From Lophium mytilinum (lineage: Eukaryota), in the NCBI GenBank assembly GCA_010093605.1, contig MU004195.1:1255566-1319565 (forward strand): a stretch of DNA of 64,000 nt, read 5' to 3'. A program made the translations under genes and the position numbers. Numbering within the stretch: position 1 is the stretch's first letter; every line of letters begins with the position of its first letter. The notes below the pieces were generated by a model. That model worked only from the letters and a program-made list of their open reading frames with translations. It had not been told where the DNA came from and did not search any database. Shown one piece after another: positions 11,706 to 24,715 of this stretch.

Positions 11706-12966
11706 CTTGTGTATATTGCGATGCAGTGGAAAAACTCCCAGGAATGAGTGCGTGGAGACAATTCGAGATTTCCTTTCTCTTTTATTCAAGCAGATTGGCG
11801 ATGTTTGCTGAATTACACACCATTAAAGAGAAACGCATCAAATCCACTACCATCTCCCAAGCTGTAAGCCCACTCCACAACACCCTCACCTCTACCTTTC
11901 ACGGAGCCAGCTCAACTTCACCCGCACAATCATCCCATTCTCGCCTGAGACGAAACCTACCAAACCCTCTCCGCCACACCAAGACTCCATTTACCCTCCG
12001 AGTCTTCTACCTCAGCCACCACATACCCGCCTCACCGAATCCCAGCCCTACCTACGCCCAGCGACGTCACGAGCAACGCCGGCACCCACTTACCCTTTTA
12101 ATCCGGAGCTCTCTCTCACCCGGCCGAAATCCAGCTAAACGCGGGGTCATCTAGAATCCCGCAGTAGCCCGTCGAGCTCAGCCGCTGATCCCATTAGCGG
12201 CAGTTGGAGAACTGGGGTACCCCGCATTAAAACGCACGTCTGGGAGGCACTGGGGTGAATGCATACTGGCTGTAGCCCGGCTTGCAACCGATTTGGACCT
12301 CGGGACCGTTCGTTGCGTCCCTGCATACGGCGCCCCTCTTCGACTTCTAGCGCGCAGATGGAGGAGCGCCGTGAGCCGTGGGGATGGGTGCCCAAGAGAT
12401 CGGAGAGGATGGCGGGCGCATGTGAATGCTGCGTAACCGATCTGCGGTATGCTGGATGGGATGGGGAGTGGGGAGCTAGGGTTGGGGACTGGGGATGCGG
12501 GAATTGGCATTACTATGTATGTACGTGCGTGTTGGTGGGTCGGTGCCGAGATCAAGATCTGGTAATTTTGCGAAGCTCGGGACGGAGGGTCAGCTGGTAA
12601 GAGGGGGTAGGGAGTCCTTTTGGCAGGAGTGACGTTTATGGGTGGGGAGTAAGGCTGCTGAAATGCCGTGTTGAGACATGGTTCGGTATTGGAATATATG
12701 TGCATTAAAATGGCGGCATTAGATACAGTCCGCTCGCCGTACGTAAGATAGCCGAAAGTAAACAATCCTTTCTGATATCCCCCTTTTATCCCAGCGCCCC
12801 CGCCCCCCGCCCCTCCCCCCCACCCCTCCCCTTTTCATAGTACAGCAGCGATTGCGGCGTTCGTTATAGACAATTGTGGAAACCCCCAGATAACCACCAC
12901 CGTCCTCGACTGCGAGGAGTGACTATTATGAATGAACAGCGTAACCAACTCTTCCCACCCCTGAAC

Positions 12967-15904
12967 TCAATTCATGGGTATGAAATCCAGCTCTTCGTCC
13001 CCTAGTAACCCATTCATCGCCATACTCGACACTCGTGAGAAAGAGGGCAGGAAGCTAGGCCAGTTCTCAAGACCGATGTCCATAGAGTCGAGGCCGCCGA
13101 ACTGGAGAAACGAAAAAGTGTCAGGCTGATCGAACGTTTCATTGTGTGAGCTGGAGGTGTTTGTTCTCACCTCGCTCATCGAATACAAAGACTCCACACC
13201 GCTTTGCTGGAGTTGGGGCTCCGCCACGAGCGTCATTGGTGGCGGTGGGTCCATTTGCTGCTCTTGGCCTCCTACTACCCGCTCACGGGCTTTCTTGACC
13301 GTTGCGCGCGCTAAGCTGGTGATTTCGCCGGTGAAGGGGAAGGCGATCTTTGAGTTCGAGGCGAATTCGAGGAAGCCAAAGTGCCCGGCAACGACGTCCA
13401 TGAGTGCGATGTCGGCCGGGGCTGAGGGTTGGTTGGGGAATTTGAGCACGTAGATGAAGACGTTGATCAGGCCCAGTAAGGGGTAAAAGAACGTCAGCCT
13501 ATATAGTACATGACTTGTAAGCCGAAGGTGAGCTTCCGTAGCGGGAAGGAAACCAGAGAGGAGTTTGATGTCAACTTACCAGGTTGGCCATGAACCATTG
13601 GAGTCAATGTATTTAGTTGCTAAAATAATCTTTCGGGATGCATCGACTACTGTCTGTGTACTTGTATTTATTTGCTCCCGGATTGCTGGTGTGGGGTTGC
13701 GGGTGAAACCGTTAGTATTCCACGGGTATGTGAAGACTGAATGAATGGCGATTAGGCTTCCATAAAAGGCAAAATGGAGATATATGATGTGGTAGAGATG
13801 GGTGCCAGGTGGTAGATAGGCTTGGTTAAATGGAAGGTCAGGTCGCAAATGTGGCGGTATGTTGTCTTTCCACTCTCGCAGGCGTCGCTCGACCTCGTGA
13901 GCTTTTTGGATGATAACCTCTGGTGTTTGTTTCGATGCCTTCACAGAACAAAGCTCCCTGGCGATCGAGGAGCCAATCTGGGCATGTTTGATAACGCAAA
14001 TAAAGAAATCGAAATTGATGGCGCTGCCTTCGAGCACAGCAGTGGGAATCTCGGAACTAATATCGTCGTCATCGATGGCCGACGGCCTTCCCGAACGGTA
14101 CGCAATGTGCTTTTCGTAGGCATATATTGCCCAGAATAGCCAGTTGCGGTGCTGAATTTCCGGTTCCCGCATGTTCCAGGTTTCCACTGGCTGACGATGC
14201 AGTCCCTTTGATTGGGCGAGGCGGAGAGCATTTGAGACTAGCATGTATTCCAAAGCCGGATTCCCAAGTCCCTCTGTGAAGAAAGCCTACCAGATATGTA
14301 AGCATGAGACTCGATAAGAGTCGCTTTACTTACCATTGCAAGTAGTGCCTGGACCGCGGATAATCCGGTACGCATATATATCAGGTCTGTGTGCACAGAT
14401 AGGGCGTTCTCAAAGTACGACCAAGCCTTTTCTTGAGCTTCAACAAAGGCGTTCGGGCGATCTTCTTTTGTGTGGACTATTTTGCAGCCTGAGGCATAAA
14501 CAGTGTTTCGCAAAGCGTACCACGCTGAGTCTTCTTCAATCGTCTCTTGCTGGAAGTGTGCTTGCAATCGTGCCTCAAACATTGGTCGATGCACTACTCC
14601 AAAGACCTTATCGAGGCTTTCCTCGAAGTAAGCTTGAAGAAATTAGCAATAGTGCGAAAATAATTTCAACTTGAGCGGACCTTGAGTATATTTCCAGGCT
14701 GTGGCTGGATCTGGGTCCGCTGCTCTTTGCTGGGATATCTTCCGATCCATCTTGAGGTTCCGCGTCACATCAAGAGACAGTGTGCTAGCGCTCGCAGCGA
14801 AATCCGATGCGCCAACTCTCTCCGACACCCATTTCATTCCTGGACTTGAACAAATGGACAAGTATGAGACCGGACCTTCAAGAGTCACGGGTTTAGCATG
14901 AGAGGCTTAGTTCTGACACTGGACTTGGAGCCCTACCATGGTGCTCAGAGTTACTCTAGGTGGTGTTAGCGAGATTATGCTGTGCGAAGAAATGTCTACA
15001 TACCATCTGAGGCGAGACTACAGCTTCTTCTGGAACATTTGCGTTGGAATGCTGCGGGAGTTGATACTCAAGCATTTCTCCGCCACCACTGAAAGTATCG
15101 GACATAGCATTTGACATTCGTCTTATTGATGATTGTGGTGATGCTGTCTGGGGTGGTGAATGGGGAAGCATGTTATTTGGGATTGATAACCGGGGGAGAC
15201 TTGGGGCACCCATATCTCCGCTATGGTCGTTCCTCATGACGTTGTTCAAGGGGCTTCCACCTTGGCCCATACTGGCAGGACTCCGAAGTAGATTCAGATC
15301 CCTCTGGAAGTCGGTTGGAGTCGGCGTTTGGCCAGTCATATCCCCTGGGAATGGCTGGCACTCGGTTGCGGCCGGAGTTTGATAGGACATGTTCAAGGTT
15401 GGGGTCTGCGCCTGCGCTTGGGCGGCCATACTGGCTTGAAGGAGGGTCTCCATGCGGGCGAGTCGCTCCTCTAACATCTTGTTCGCCTCATTGGCCTTCT
15501 TTCGTGTCCGCTGGTGTACCACAGGGTACACACAGTTCTCTCGGTGGTCCTGAGAGTCGTTCAGTAGATGTCTGATCCGGGTATGGTGGAAAGTCGCAAT
15601 ATACCGTGCAATTGGTGCAGGGCCGAGCTCCATTGCCTAAATATACTATTAGTATATTCTCAAGGCTAAAGCTCTTTTCAATTGATGGACTTCACTAAAA
15701 AGAAAGCACAGAGAATAGACTGATAATATGTGGTTTTACGCGTTCTCTCGAGCGCCTCGAGCTCTCAGAAGCTCGAGAAAGCTTCAAGAATGCAGGGAAC
15801 ATGCGTTACGACCAGAACCTCTCAATCAACTCACATTTGACCTTCTTTAGTCGGCAGAAGTTGCACGCGACTGTGCATTTCGTCCCTTCCCTTGGGGTAG
15901 GCAT
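12967..15904 (-). CDS. Zn(II)2Cys6 transcription factor with fungal-specific TF domain
   Basis: Exon 1 MPTPREGTKCTVACNFCRLKKVKC spliced to NGARPCTNCT and DHRENCVY gives six Cys. Middle region ALRLAQSKGLHR...RNWLFWAIYAYEK...GRPSAIDDDD; acidic C-terminus. Confidence 0.92.
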
Positions 15905-16801
15905 GGCGAATGTGAATATCAAGAGAGATGCAAATTCAGGTGCTGAACTTCGCTCGACTCAACCCAGGACCTTGCGCGAGCTCGCCCGCATTCAGGTCGC
16001 AACTCTATCTACTTTCCTTGCACAGCGCCAAATCGAACGCGTGCAAGGCTATTCGGGGCCCGGACACCCCCACAGCCGGACCAGGTTGTGCAAGCGCAGT
16101 GCGGGGCGCATTGGGGTACTAAACACCCCAGACTCTGTCCTGTAAGCTCGCGCACACTTCCAATCAGGGGGAGGTATTGACGATTCAAGGGCGCCAAGTG
16201 GCCACGTCCCAGGCCACGGTGCCACGTTTCTCCCCTGGGGTCTCGGGCTAGGAGAGGCGTTTGATTCACCGTTGAAGAGCCGAGAATGCGGGGTTTCGGG
16301 TTGATGCATGCCTCTTGATCACGCTGGGTGCTGTACGCTGGGTACGCTGGGTACGCCGGGGTATGTATGCTCCCGGGAGCCACGGACCAATTTCTCGAGA
16401 GGGTACACAAATAGTGGTAGGAATACTTCCAATCATCAGCTGGCTGGCTGACATAATGCAGAAGATTTTGTGCTTCACTGATGTTGACCCACCCAAGGTG
16501 TGACGTTATATTTGATTGGTTCGGCTGCGCTCACGTGACTTTAGGGCCGTACAAGTTTTGATTGGACCGGTAGGTCTAGTTGCGCCTTTATATGCTTCCT
16601 GTGTCTCCTTCGTCCTGACTGGCTCAGTTCACAGTCAGTCGAGATGCGGATAGCGGATGGCGCATATCCGTGTTCTGCAACCTCCATCACAAGAGCTCAG
16701 CCTTAGCACCTAGGCACAGACCACATCCCGACATGATGGATCCGACTCAACGTCCTCTGACACCCACAGCGGACTAATTTCACCCCTCCACCGGCGCAAT
16801 T

Positions 16802-18833
16802 CTACTTCTGCATATCGCCGATTTTCTCAAATTCGAACTCGCTGTCCTGCGTCTGCATCCCCACTGTAGACGTGAAGGCTTCCGGCTGGCGGTCCCCATT
16901 CGACAGCTTCGCGACGCCTTGTCCTGCCCCTGTGATGACGCCCACGATCGTCTTTGCGGCGTCCAGGTCTGCAACAGCGTCGCCTCTCCATGACACATGC
17001 CCGTCTGGACGTATGAGCACCAGCCGAGCGCCCCATACACCGTATGCGTGATCTTCCCCGTCCAGCTTGACATGCTTGATGGGAGTTGACGCCGCCTCGG
17101 CCGCTTGCAATACATGGCCTGATCCCCGCTCGCTGCCGTCGGCAAACTCCACCAAAGTAAAGTACTTGCCATAGAGGTCGAAGATAGGGCGCCCGTCCTT
17201 CAGGAAGACATGGGGAGCACGCATGCCAGGCCAGGTACTGGGGTGGTACGCCGTGGGGTCGAATTCTGGCGCCGGCGTCGACTCGTCGGGAATGCAAATG
17301 CTCGATTGGTATCGATATCCCATTTCGACTCCAAAGTCCTTGTTCTCGTTATCGTGCGTCTGGTAGTGTTCATCTAACGCCTTCCTTTTCTGCCGTCCTT
17401 GATCGGTGATGGAGTCGATGATATGCGGGTCGGCGCCGAGAATTTCGCCCACCTTGATATGCACACCGAGGTGCACGCCTGACCGCTCAACACTCATCAG
17501 CGCGACTGGTCGTCGGTCCTCTTCGTATGCCTGCAATAGTCCCGACTTCCCGGTACCGTTCATCACCATGCCTAGCTTCCATCCGAGATCGACCGCGTCC
17601 GCTATCCCCATGTTCATGCCATAACCGCCAGTTGGTATGTTTTGATGTGCCGCATCTCCCGCCAGAAAAACTCGCCCGAGTGGACTAACGTACTTTCGCG
17701 CGACCGCAATATGTGGGCGGTATGTCGACCGTACCAGGATCTCGTCGATTTTGATCTTATACAGCCCACCGAGACCACCGAAGACCTTGTATACGGCTTC
17801 TTCTGATCCGACGCCGTCAGAGCTAACATCCAGAGGGAAGTTCAAATGGCATGTCCATGTATCAACCTCGTCTTGGGCTATGCAGGCTCCGCCAAATCCA
17901 CCGGCCTCGGCTTGGAGGACGAATAAATGCCAGAATTGGCCTTGTTTACGAATACGCGCGAGATCCTTAGACTTGAAATGCACCAAAAGCACGTAGCCAG
18001 GGCTGTGGGTCCCTGTCAGCTTTACCTTTCTTTTCGGTGTCAGGTGTGGATGCACGACTTACATTGGTCCGCCATCTAGTGGCATTTTCAAGCTACGCCG
18101 AACCTTGCTTGATGCTCCATCGCAAGCACCGACGTACCTCGACTTGAAGATATGCCGCTTTCCAGTGGAAATATCTGTGACCGTAGTCTTGACGCCTTCT
18201 TCTAGTTCCTCGGCCCCTTCAACCTTCCATCCGAAACGCACATCCACGGCGGGATCGTTGTCGCAACGCTCCTTCATTATTTTTTCGAATAGTGCCTGCG
18301 ACAGTCTTTGATATGGTTCGAGTGGCTGAGTGCCATCGTTCTTTTCTTGGATGGTTTTTCGCCATTGGTCCACTCCAGGGAGTTTCCAGCTTGTAAGAGC
18401 CTCGGTTTTATCCAAACCACTGGATATTAGGACGGTGTAAGGTATTTCGGAGGAGACGCCTTTTATCGTGAGAAATCAGTACACAGACGCCAAATAGGCT
18501 TTGCAGCAAGAAGTCGTTTGACCATAATGGATAGTTTTGGGGTGTGGAAGCGCTGCTCACCTTCGGTCCTAATGAGCTCAGCTAGGCCGAGCTTTCGAAA
18601 CCATTCCATAGACCGGCAATTGGTCAAGTCCATCTTGGGCCATCTTTTCATGGCTGTCAGCCACCCCTGCAGCCACCACATCGAGGCAAGGACCGGACTT
18701 ACTTTGTTGTCGTATCATTTCTCTCCAGTAAAAGTGACTTAACACCATAGAACGATAAGACTGTCGCCAGGATAAGTCCAACAGGTCCTCCACCTGCAAT
18801 AAGGACAGTGTCTTCGGGCAGTGTATGTTCCAT
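16802..18833 (-). CDS. FAD-dependent monooxygenase (FAD_binding_3, PheA/TfdB/ApdD-like aromatic hydroxylase)
   Basis: VLIAGGGPVGL, WPKMDLTNCRSME, VGACDGASSKVR, VFLAGDAAHQNIPTGGYGMNMG, PGMRAPH, LVLIRPDGHVSWRG; multi-exon. Confidence 0.92.
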
Positions 18834-18923
18834 TACGAATGCTAGTTTTGCTGTCTTGCTCGAGAAGCACGACGGAACTGAGCTTCGACGTTATAAAGAC
18901 ATTTCGATTTTTATGTAGCCAAA

Positions 18924-18981
18924 ATGCTCCGAGACCCATGTGATGACTAGAGGTGCTCGGAGCATCGCTTTCCGGCTCCCG
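18924..18981. promoter_or_regulatory. Putative Zn2Cys6 sites in the divergent FMO/SnoaL promoter
   Basis: Perfect inverted repeat ATGCTCCGAG-N22-CTCGGAGCAT (18924-18965) followed by CCG-GCTC-CCG (18972-18981). Confidence 0.5.
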
Positions 18982-19242
18982 CATGGGGGCGTTTTGTTCT
19001 CTTTGGCCCTCATGATGCCCAGGTGTGCCCCACCCCCACGGTCGTCGTGGCTAGTCAGACTACGAGTGGAAGGTCCCGTTAATACTACCATCTCAGGGCT
19101 ACCTAACTGGGATGGCCGTCGTACGGATTCTGGGTTCAAATGCGTTGTCACATCCATCCTTTTCTTCTCTTTCATTGCTCACGATCTCTCTCGATCCTCA
19201 AGACAAGCCAGCTTCATTTGATCAAAGTGGTACCCTGTTACT

Positions 19243-19902
19243 ATGGCCTCTATATCCTGGCCTACTCCGGACTTCCCTAAGAAGGTCGAGGAACTCATAA
19301 CCGAGTTCTACTCCCTAGCCGACAGCAAGGAGGACACCACTCCGGAGAGGTTCGCCGCTTTGTTCGCCGAGGATGGGAAAATGTATGGATTGGCGGGAGC
19401 ATCTACGGGGCGAGCTGGTATGTTTACCGTCTCAGATCCACGCCACGATTTGTTTACCTTGTGGTGATCATCCGCGTTGCGCTGATGGCCAGATCATGCT
19501 TCCGAACCTTGGCGCCCTCGGTTCAATTCCTCCGAGATCATCAAAACTTCCCGTCCCATAATACTGACAATCTACGGTATAGATATTGCAGCCGCCCGAC
19601 CGAAGTCTTGGAATATGATCGCTTCACGGAAGCATCAGCCGGTGAAAGTTTACAGCTTTAAGTCTGATTACAGCGACGTCCTCGTCATGGGACAAATCTC
19701 TGCAACACTGACGAACGGCAACTCTGTCTCCGTCGAGTATATTGCGCAATTCGTACTCAAAGGCGATACCAGCGCAACTCCAGTTATTGCATCATATAAA
19801 TCTTGGGCTGTCAGAATCCACAATCTTCCCCTCTGCAAGCGAGTCCCGCTGACCCGGATACAGGACTCTGCTCCATGGTTCAAGGCCATGGGAGTACAAT
19901 GA
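19243..19902 (+). CDS. SnoaL-like / NTF2-fold small protein
   Basis: Three exons: ...ITEFYSLADS...FAALFAEDG...GRA|DIAAARPKSW...RKHQPVKVYS...YKSWA|DSAPWFKAMGVQ. The LFAEDG..GR..I pattern is typical of SnoaL-like proteins. Confidence 0.75.
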
Positions 19903-20140
19903 TTCAAAGGCGTTTCTTTCCGTCATACAGTAGCTAGCCGCATTATTCCCACTCGCAATTGAAGCGAATCGATGATTTTTCTTGGATCTTTACACACGAA
20001 TGGTATAATAGTCTCTGAATAGGGATGCCACATCGACTCGACCGCCAGGTACCGATGAAAACCTTGCAAACTCCCCCAAAAAGTTTATTTTGCAGTACAT
20101 CCATGTTTCTGTTGACAAAGCAGTGCAAGAAGTCTAGCTT

Positions 20141-22377
20141 CTATAACTTAGCGACCTCATCTACATCAACTTCCTTTGCCGCGGCCTCGACATCAAAATA
20201 CTTCTGATACAACCCCACGGCATCAGGGTTCGCGACCACGTTACTCTTGCTGTCTCGCCCACTAATCACGTTCTTCACCAATATCTCCAGCTTCTTACCC
20301 ACGTGCGAATACGGGATGTCGTCAACGTAGAAGACATACTTGGGCACATGTCGTCTACTCAGCTGCTTGCCAATCTCCGCCTTGAGTTGATCCTTGAGGG
20401 TTTGTGTCCGCTTTTGGCCTTGTGCCATCTTCAGGAACAGAATGACGGATTCATCGCGGTCTTGCGGCCGGCGCTGTCCCACACAGACGCTGTCGGCGAT
20501 GCTGTGGAAGAGGCGGACAACGGCGTAGATTTCGGCGCTACCGAAGCGGACGCCCGAGGGATTCAAGACGCCGTCGCTAATTAATTTCCGCGTTAGCTAT
20601 TGCAAATGTGGGTTCTCCCTCCTCTCCTCCGAAGCCACTTACGATCGCCCGAGCATCTGTATGCCGCCCGTCGTTGTCGAAATCCTAATCAAATCACCTT
20701 GGACCCAGACTTTGGGCCCAAACAAGTCGTAGTAAGCTTCTCGATACTTGGCGTCACCTCCGAGGCCCCAGAATGTGACCGGTTGACTGGGGAATGGTTG
20801 CCTCACTATCAGCTCTCCGGGCTCGTTGCTGGCATGTATGCTGACGCCTTCTGGATGGCTGGGGTCGAACACATCCACTGCCATTCCTAGCACTTTTGCC
20901 TGGATTTCGTCGGCATACAGAGGGAGGAGAGGTGAGCCACCGACAACTGTAAGTCATTAGAGAGAAACTTTCAAGAGCTCAGCTGACCGTAAAGCACTTA
21001 CAGGCGCACGAACAGTCTGTACCACCGCTTCCAGATATTAGCTGAACTTTAGAAGGAAAGCCCTTTGCATAGAACCATTCCACAACGTCTGGTGGAAGGA
21101 CCGATCCCGTTGATGTTACTTTCCGCAGAGCTGAAAGGTCGTGCTCATCCCGGGGACGCTTGTTGCTGTCCATGAGGTCGGTAAGGTACTTTGCAGATGT
21201 CCCAAAGACGTTGACTTTCAGCTTTGCGAGCAACTCTGGCAAGAACCCTACATCGGGGTAAAGAGGCGATCCAGAATACACTACCACGGCTGCTCCGGTT
21301 CCTAGGGCGGAGAGAACGAATGCCCACATTATCCATGCAGTTGTAGTATACTGGAACATCAGATCTCCTGGGCGTAAACCGATCTGGACTATGTAGTCCT
21401 TCTTCACCTGCAAAAGAACACCGCCAGCAGTGTGGAGTATGCATTTTGGTGCGCCAGTAGTTCCGGAAGAGTAGAAGATGAATGCGGGCTGACTGAAAGG
21501 TAGCTGTTCGAAGACCAGTTGCCGGCCAACCCCTTTGGCATAGAACTCTGGGAATGTGATCCCCTTCTCAATCGACGCAGCCTGCTTCGGATCCGAGGAC
21601 GTAAGCACGATATGCACCAGCTCCTCTCCTTGGGCAACCGTCTTCGCCCAGGTCTGCACAGTGCCCATCAGATCCCGAAGCTTGCCGTTATATATCACAG
21701 ACGTGTCCGAGAAAACGAGCTTGGGCTTCGTCTGTACCAGGCGATCCAAAATACCCTGAACTCCAAAATCCGGGGATACCGAAGACCAGATCGCGCCAAT
21801 TGATAGCGCCGCCAGACATAGGATGATGGGCTGCGCGTTATTCCCGATGACTGCGGCAACTCGATCTCCAGTCTTCACGCCCAGACTCCGCATTGCGTCG
21901 GCGCTTTTTTCGACGAAGTCGTACAGCTCGCGCCAGGTTATCACAGTAGCATCTAGCGATGCTTCGACGACTTCGAGGATTGCTCTTCCATTGGGGTCGC
22001 GGTTTAGCAGCACACTTCCTGCGAAGTTCATCTTTGCGCCCGGGAAGAATTTAGGCGACGGGTAGAGGTTTCCGCCATGCTGACTCCCTAAAGTGGTAAG
22101 CAAAGCTTAGAGTCATATCCGGGAACTATTTTGAGGGGCAACGGACAGGTTCGAAAGCTGCTCTTGGGGGAGCTGTTGCACGCATGTCTAGAAAGTCGAA
22201 CAGCGCCAGCCAGAAATCGCCCGCAGTATTGGGACTTATCGACCACGCGTGGAGCTCCGAGTAAGATTTCATGGATAGATGGTAGCGCTCATTTGAGTAG
22301 TCCCTGAATCTTGCCATCGCAGAGTCGTTCAGGTCTTCGTGCGAAGGTCGCCATATCGGAGCTCTTTGCTGCGCCAT
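20141..22377 (-). CDS. Acetoacetate-CoA ligase (acetoacetyl-CoA synthetase family, ANL superfamily)
   Basis: IWRPS, YSELHAWSI, FFPGAKMNFA, SPDFGVQGILDRL, YSSGTTGAPKCILH, QYTTTAWIMW, SGGTD, GRSDGVLNPSGVRFGSAEIY, GKKLE. Confidence 0.92.
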
Positions 22378-22658
22378 TTTGATTGTAGAGTGAGTAATTA
22401 GAGGACGCGAGAAATCGAATGGCTCGAAATAAAACAGAAATCGCAGACAGATTTAGAAACAGTTCAGTGATTGAGGTGTGGAGACTGAAAACCATCTGGC
22501 ACCTTCAAGAGCTATCCTCGCCAAATAGCTTCTTAAGCTCGAAGCTCCCTGGCCCACTTCTATCGACCAAAGCTCACAGCCGCTACAGAGAGGTCCTCGG
22601 ATCCTAAGCTCCTAGACCAATAAGATGTTCCAGATTTCGCTGCAGGGACAAGTTCGAC

Positions 22659-22712
22659 CCGAGCTCCGAGCTTAGTTTGGCTAGCTGGGGAAGAAGAGCA
22701 GGCCGAGCTCCG
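22659..22712. promoter_or_regulatory. Two identical CCGAGCTCCG sites in the divergent CoA-ligase/FMO promoter
   Basis: CCGAGCTCCG at 22659-22668 and 22703-22712; CCG-N4-CCG direct repeats are a known Zn2Cys6 site architecture. Confidence 0.6.
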
Positions 22713-22865
22713 GATCAGCTCGCCTCCCCGCGAACACTCGGCGGGCTACCTACACCTCCGACCAGCATTACCACAGCACTTCAGGTACAATTATCAAGAT
22801 GACTTACTTAATTCATTGCAAGCGAATTCGGCGATCTTCGTGCTTTGAGGTCACACATTTTCAAA

Positions 22866-24324
22866 ATGGCTAAGAAAGATCTCAACGTCATCATTGTCGG
22901 CGGAGGATTTGGAGGACTTGGTAGTGCGATTGAGCTCACGAGACATGGTTTCAAAGCTCATGTTTATGAAGCCTCTCCGGATCTTACTAGGCAGGGTAGG
23001 TCGACATCGAAAGCAATGTGATTCGGGTCACTGATTCCGGCTCTAGGCGATGTCATCATGCTGGGCTCGAACTGCACCCGTATTATAAAGAAATGGGGCA
23101 ACGTCTTAGACGAAATCCTCAAGATAAAGTCGCAACCAGATACGCTAGCCATCCAAGACAAGAATGGCAAGGTCATGCTCGAGCAACCGCTGCCGAAAGA
23201 GTTTGACGGATTCCCTAATATCTACACGAACCGGACTAAGGTGCAGAATTTTTGCTACGAGTACGCGAAGTCCATCGGCGTCAAGTTTACTTTCAACGCT
23301 CGAGTAAATGAGTACTTCGAGGAGGGCGACAAAGCTGGCATCGTCCTCAATGGGGAGAAGCTCACCGCAGATTTCGTCATTTCAGCGGATGGCGTGCATA
23401 GCAAAGGTCGTGCCTACGTCACCGGCGTAGCGGACAAAGCCCAAAAGAGTGGATTTGCGGTGTACAGATGCTGGTTCCCGATAAGCAAAATTGCTGATCA
23501 TCCTCTGACGAAGTACATTGCGGAGTCCAAGAAGGACATGTTCGCCATCTGGATCGCGGAGGATACGCACGCCATCCTTACCACCAACGTCAACCTCCAG
23601 ACTTGCACCGTATTTGCGACCCATAAGGACTACTCCGATATTGCGGAGTCGTGGCATTTGAAAGGGGATGTCAAGGAAATGGAGCGCGCGGTTGAAGGTT
23701 GGGATCCAAAGCTCATTCAGCTCGTCAAGTCGATCCCAGAGGATGGCTTGATTGATCATAAGCTACTGTGGCGCGATCCTGTGAAGAAGTGGGTGTCGAA
23801 TAAGGGCCGCGTTTGCGTAGTGGGCGACGCAGCTCACCCTCATCTGCCGACCTCCGGTACTGGCGGTGCATCGGCTATTGAAGACGGAGCAACGATTGCG
23901 GCATTGTTGGAGAGGACTGGAGACGTCCCGCTTGCACTGAGGTCGTATATGGCGCTGCGGCAAGTTTGACTCCCCTGGATCGTCGCAAATAGCTAACTGA
24001 TCGTGAAGATACGAGCGAACTGCATTGACTCAACGCATGGGCTGGGAAACGCGCCACAGATGGCATCAAACCGACTGGGATGAGGTGGCCAAGAACCCAG
24101 CTTTCTTGAAGCTCCCGCAGCCAGTGTGGTTGAACGGACATGATGCGGAACAGTATGCGTATGATAACTTCGACGCTGTCAGTGCGAATGTTCTAAAACA
24201 AGCACCTTTCACATCTACCAATGTGCCGGATGGTCATGTTCATGAGGACTGGACGATTGCAACAATGATGTCGGCGGAGGGCGAGAAGGCTGAGGCTGGG
24301 TTTTATGTCGTCAATAATGACTAG
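22866..24324 (+). CDS. FAD-dependent monooxygenase (group A, salicylate hydroxylase/OpS4-like)
   Basis: VIIVGGGFGGL, ISADGVHSK, SGFAVYRCWF, KLLWRDP, VGDAAHPHLPTSGTGGASAIEDG; two introns. Confidence 0.92.
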
Positions 24325-24715
24325 GTATGGAGAACATCCTCGAGTCATAAGCCATCTAAGCCTTTGGAATCGATAAGAATCAGACAACGACGAATTCTTG
24401 GATGCATGAATGAACAAAATAAGGTGACTATAGACAAGGATGCCGAAAACTTGGACTGACACAAGCTCTTCAAGGATACAATATTGAGCCTTTGATTCTC
24501 AAGATCAACCACGCCAATTCATGTTGTAAGGAAGTTAATGGGACATTTGCTAATAGGTATGCTGTTCCGCACCACCTCAACGCTGGTGAACTACAACTTC
24601 CGATATGAATCTTGCTATGATCGATACACGACTTCATGGCGTTTTCGTGTGGCAACTTGACATGCTCTCATTGTGGTATGTTGCAATACTCTGATGGTAC
24701 GGATCCGATCCATTA

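Noticed and set aside
16510..16790. CCAAT, CACGTG and TATA-like elements plus small hairpins suggesting an ncRNA
   Set aside because: No convincing C/D, H/ACA or tRNA structure; more likely FMO 3' region or distal TF promoter.
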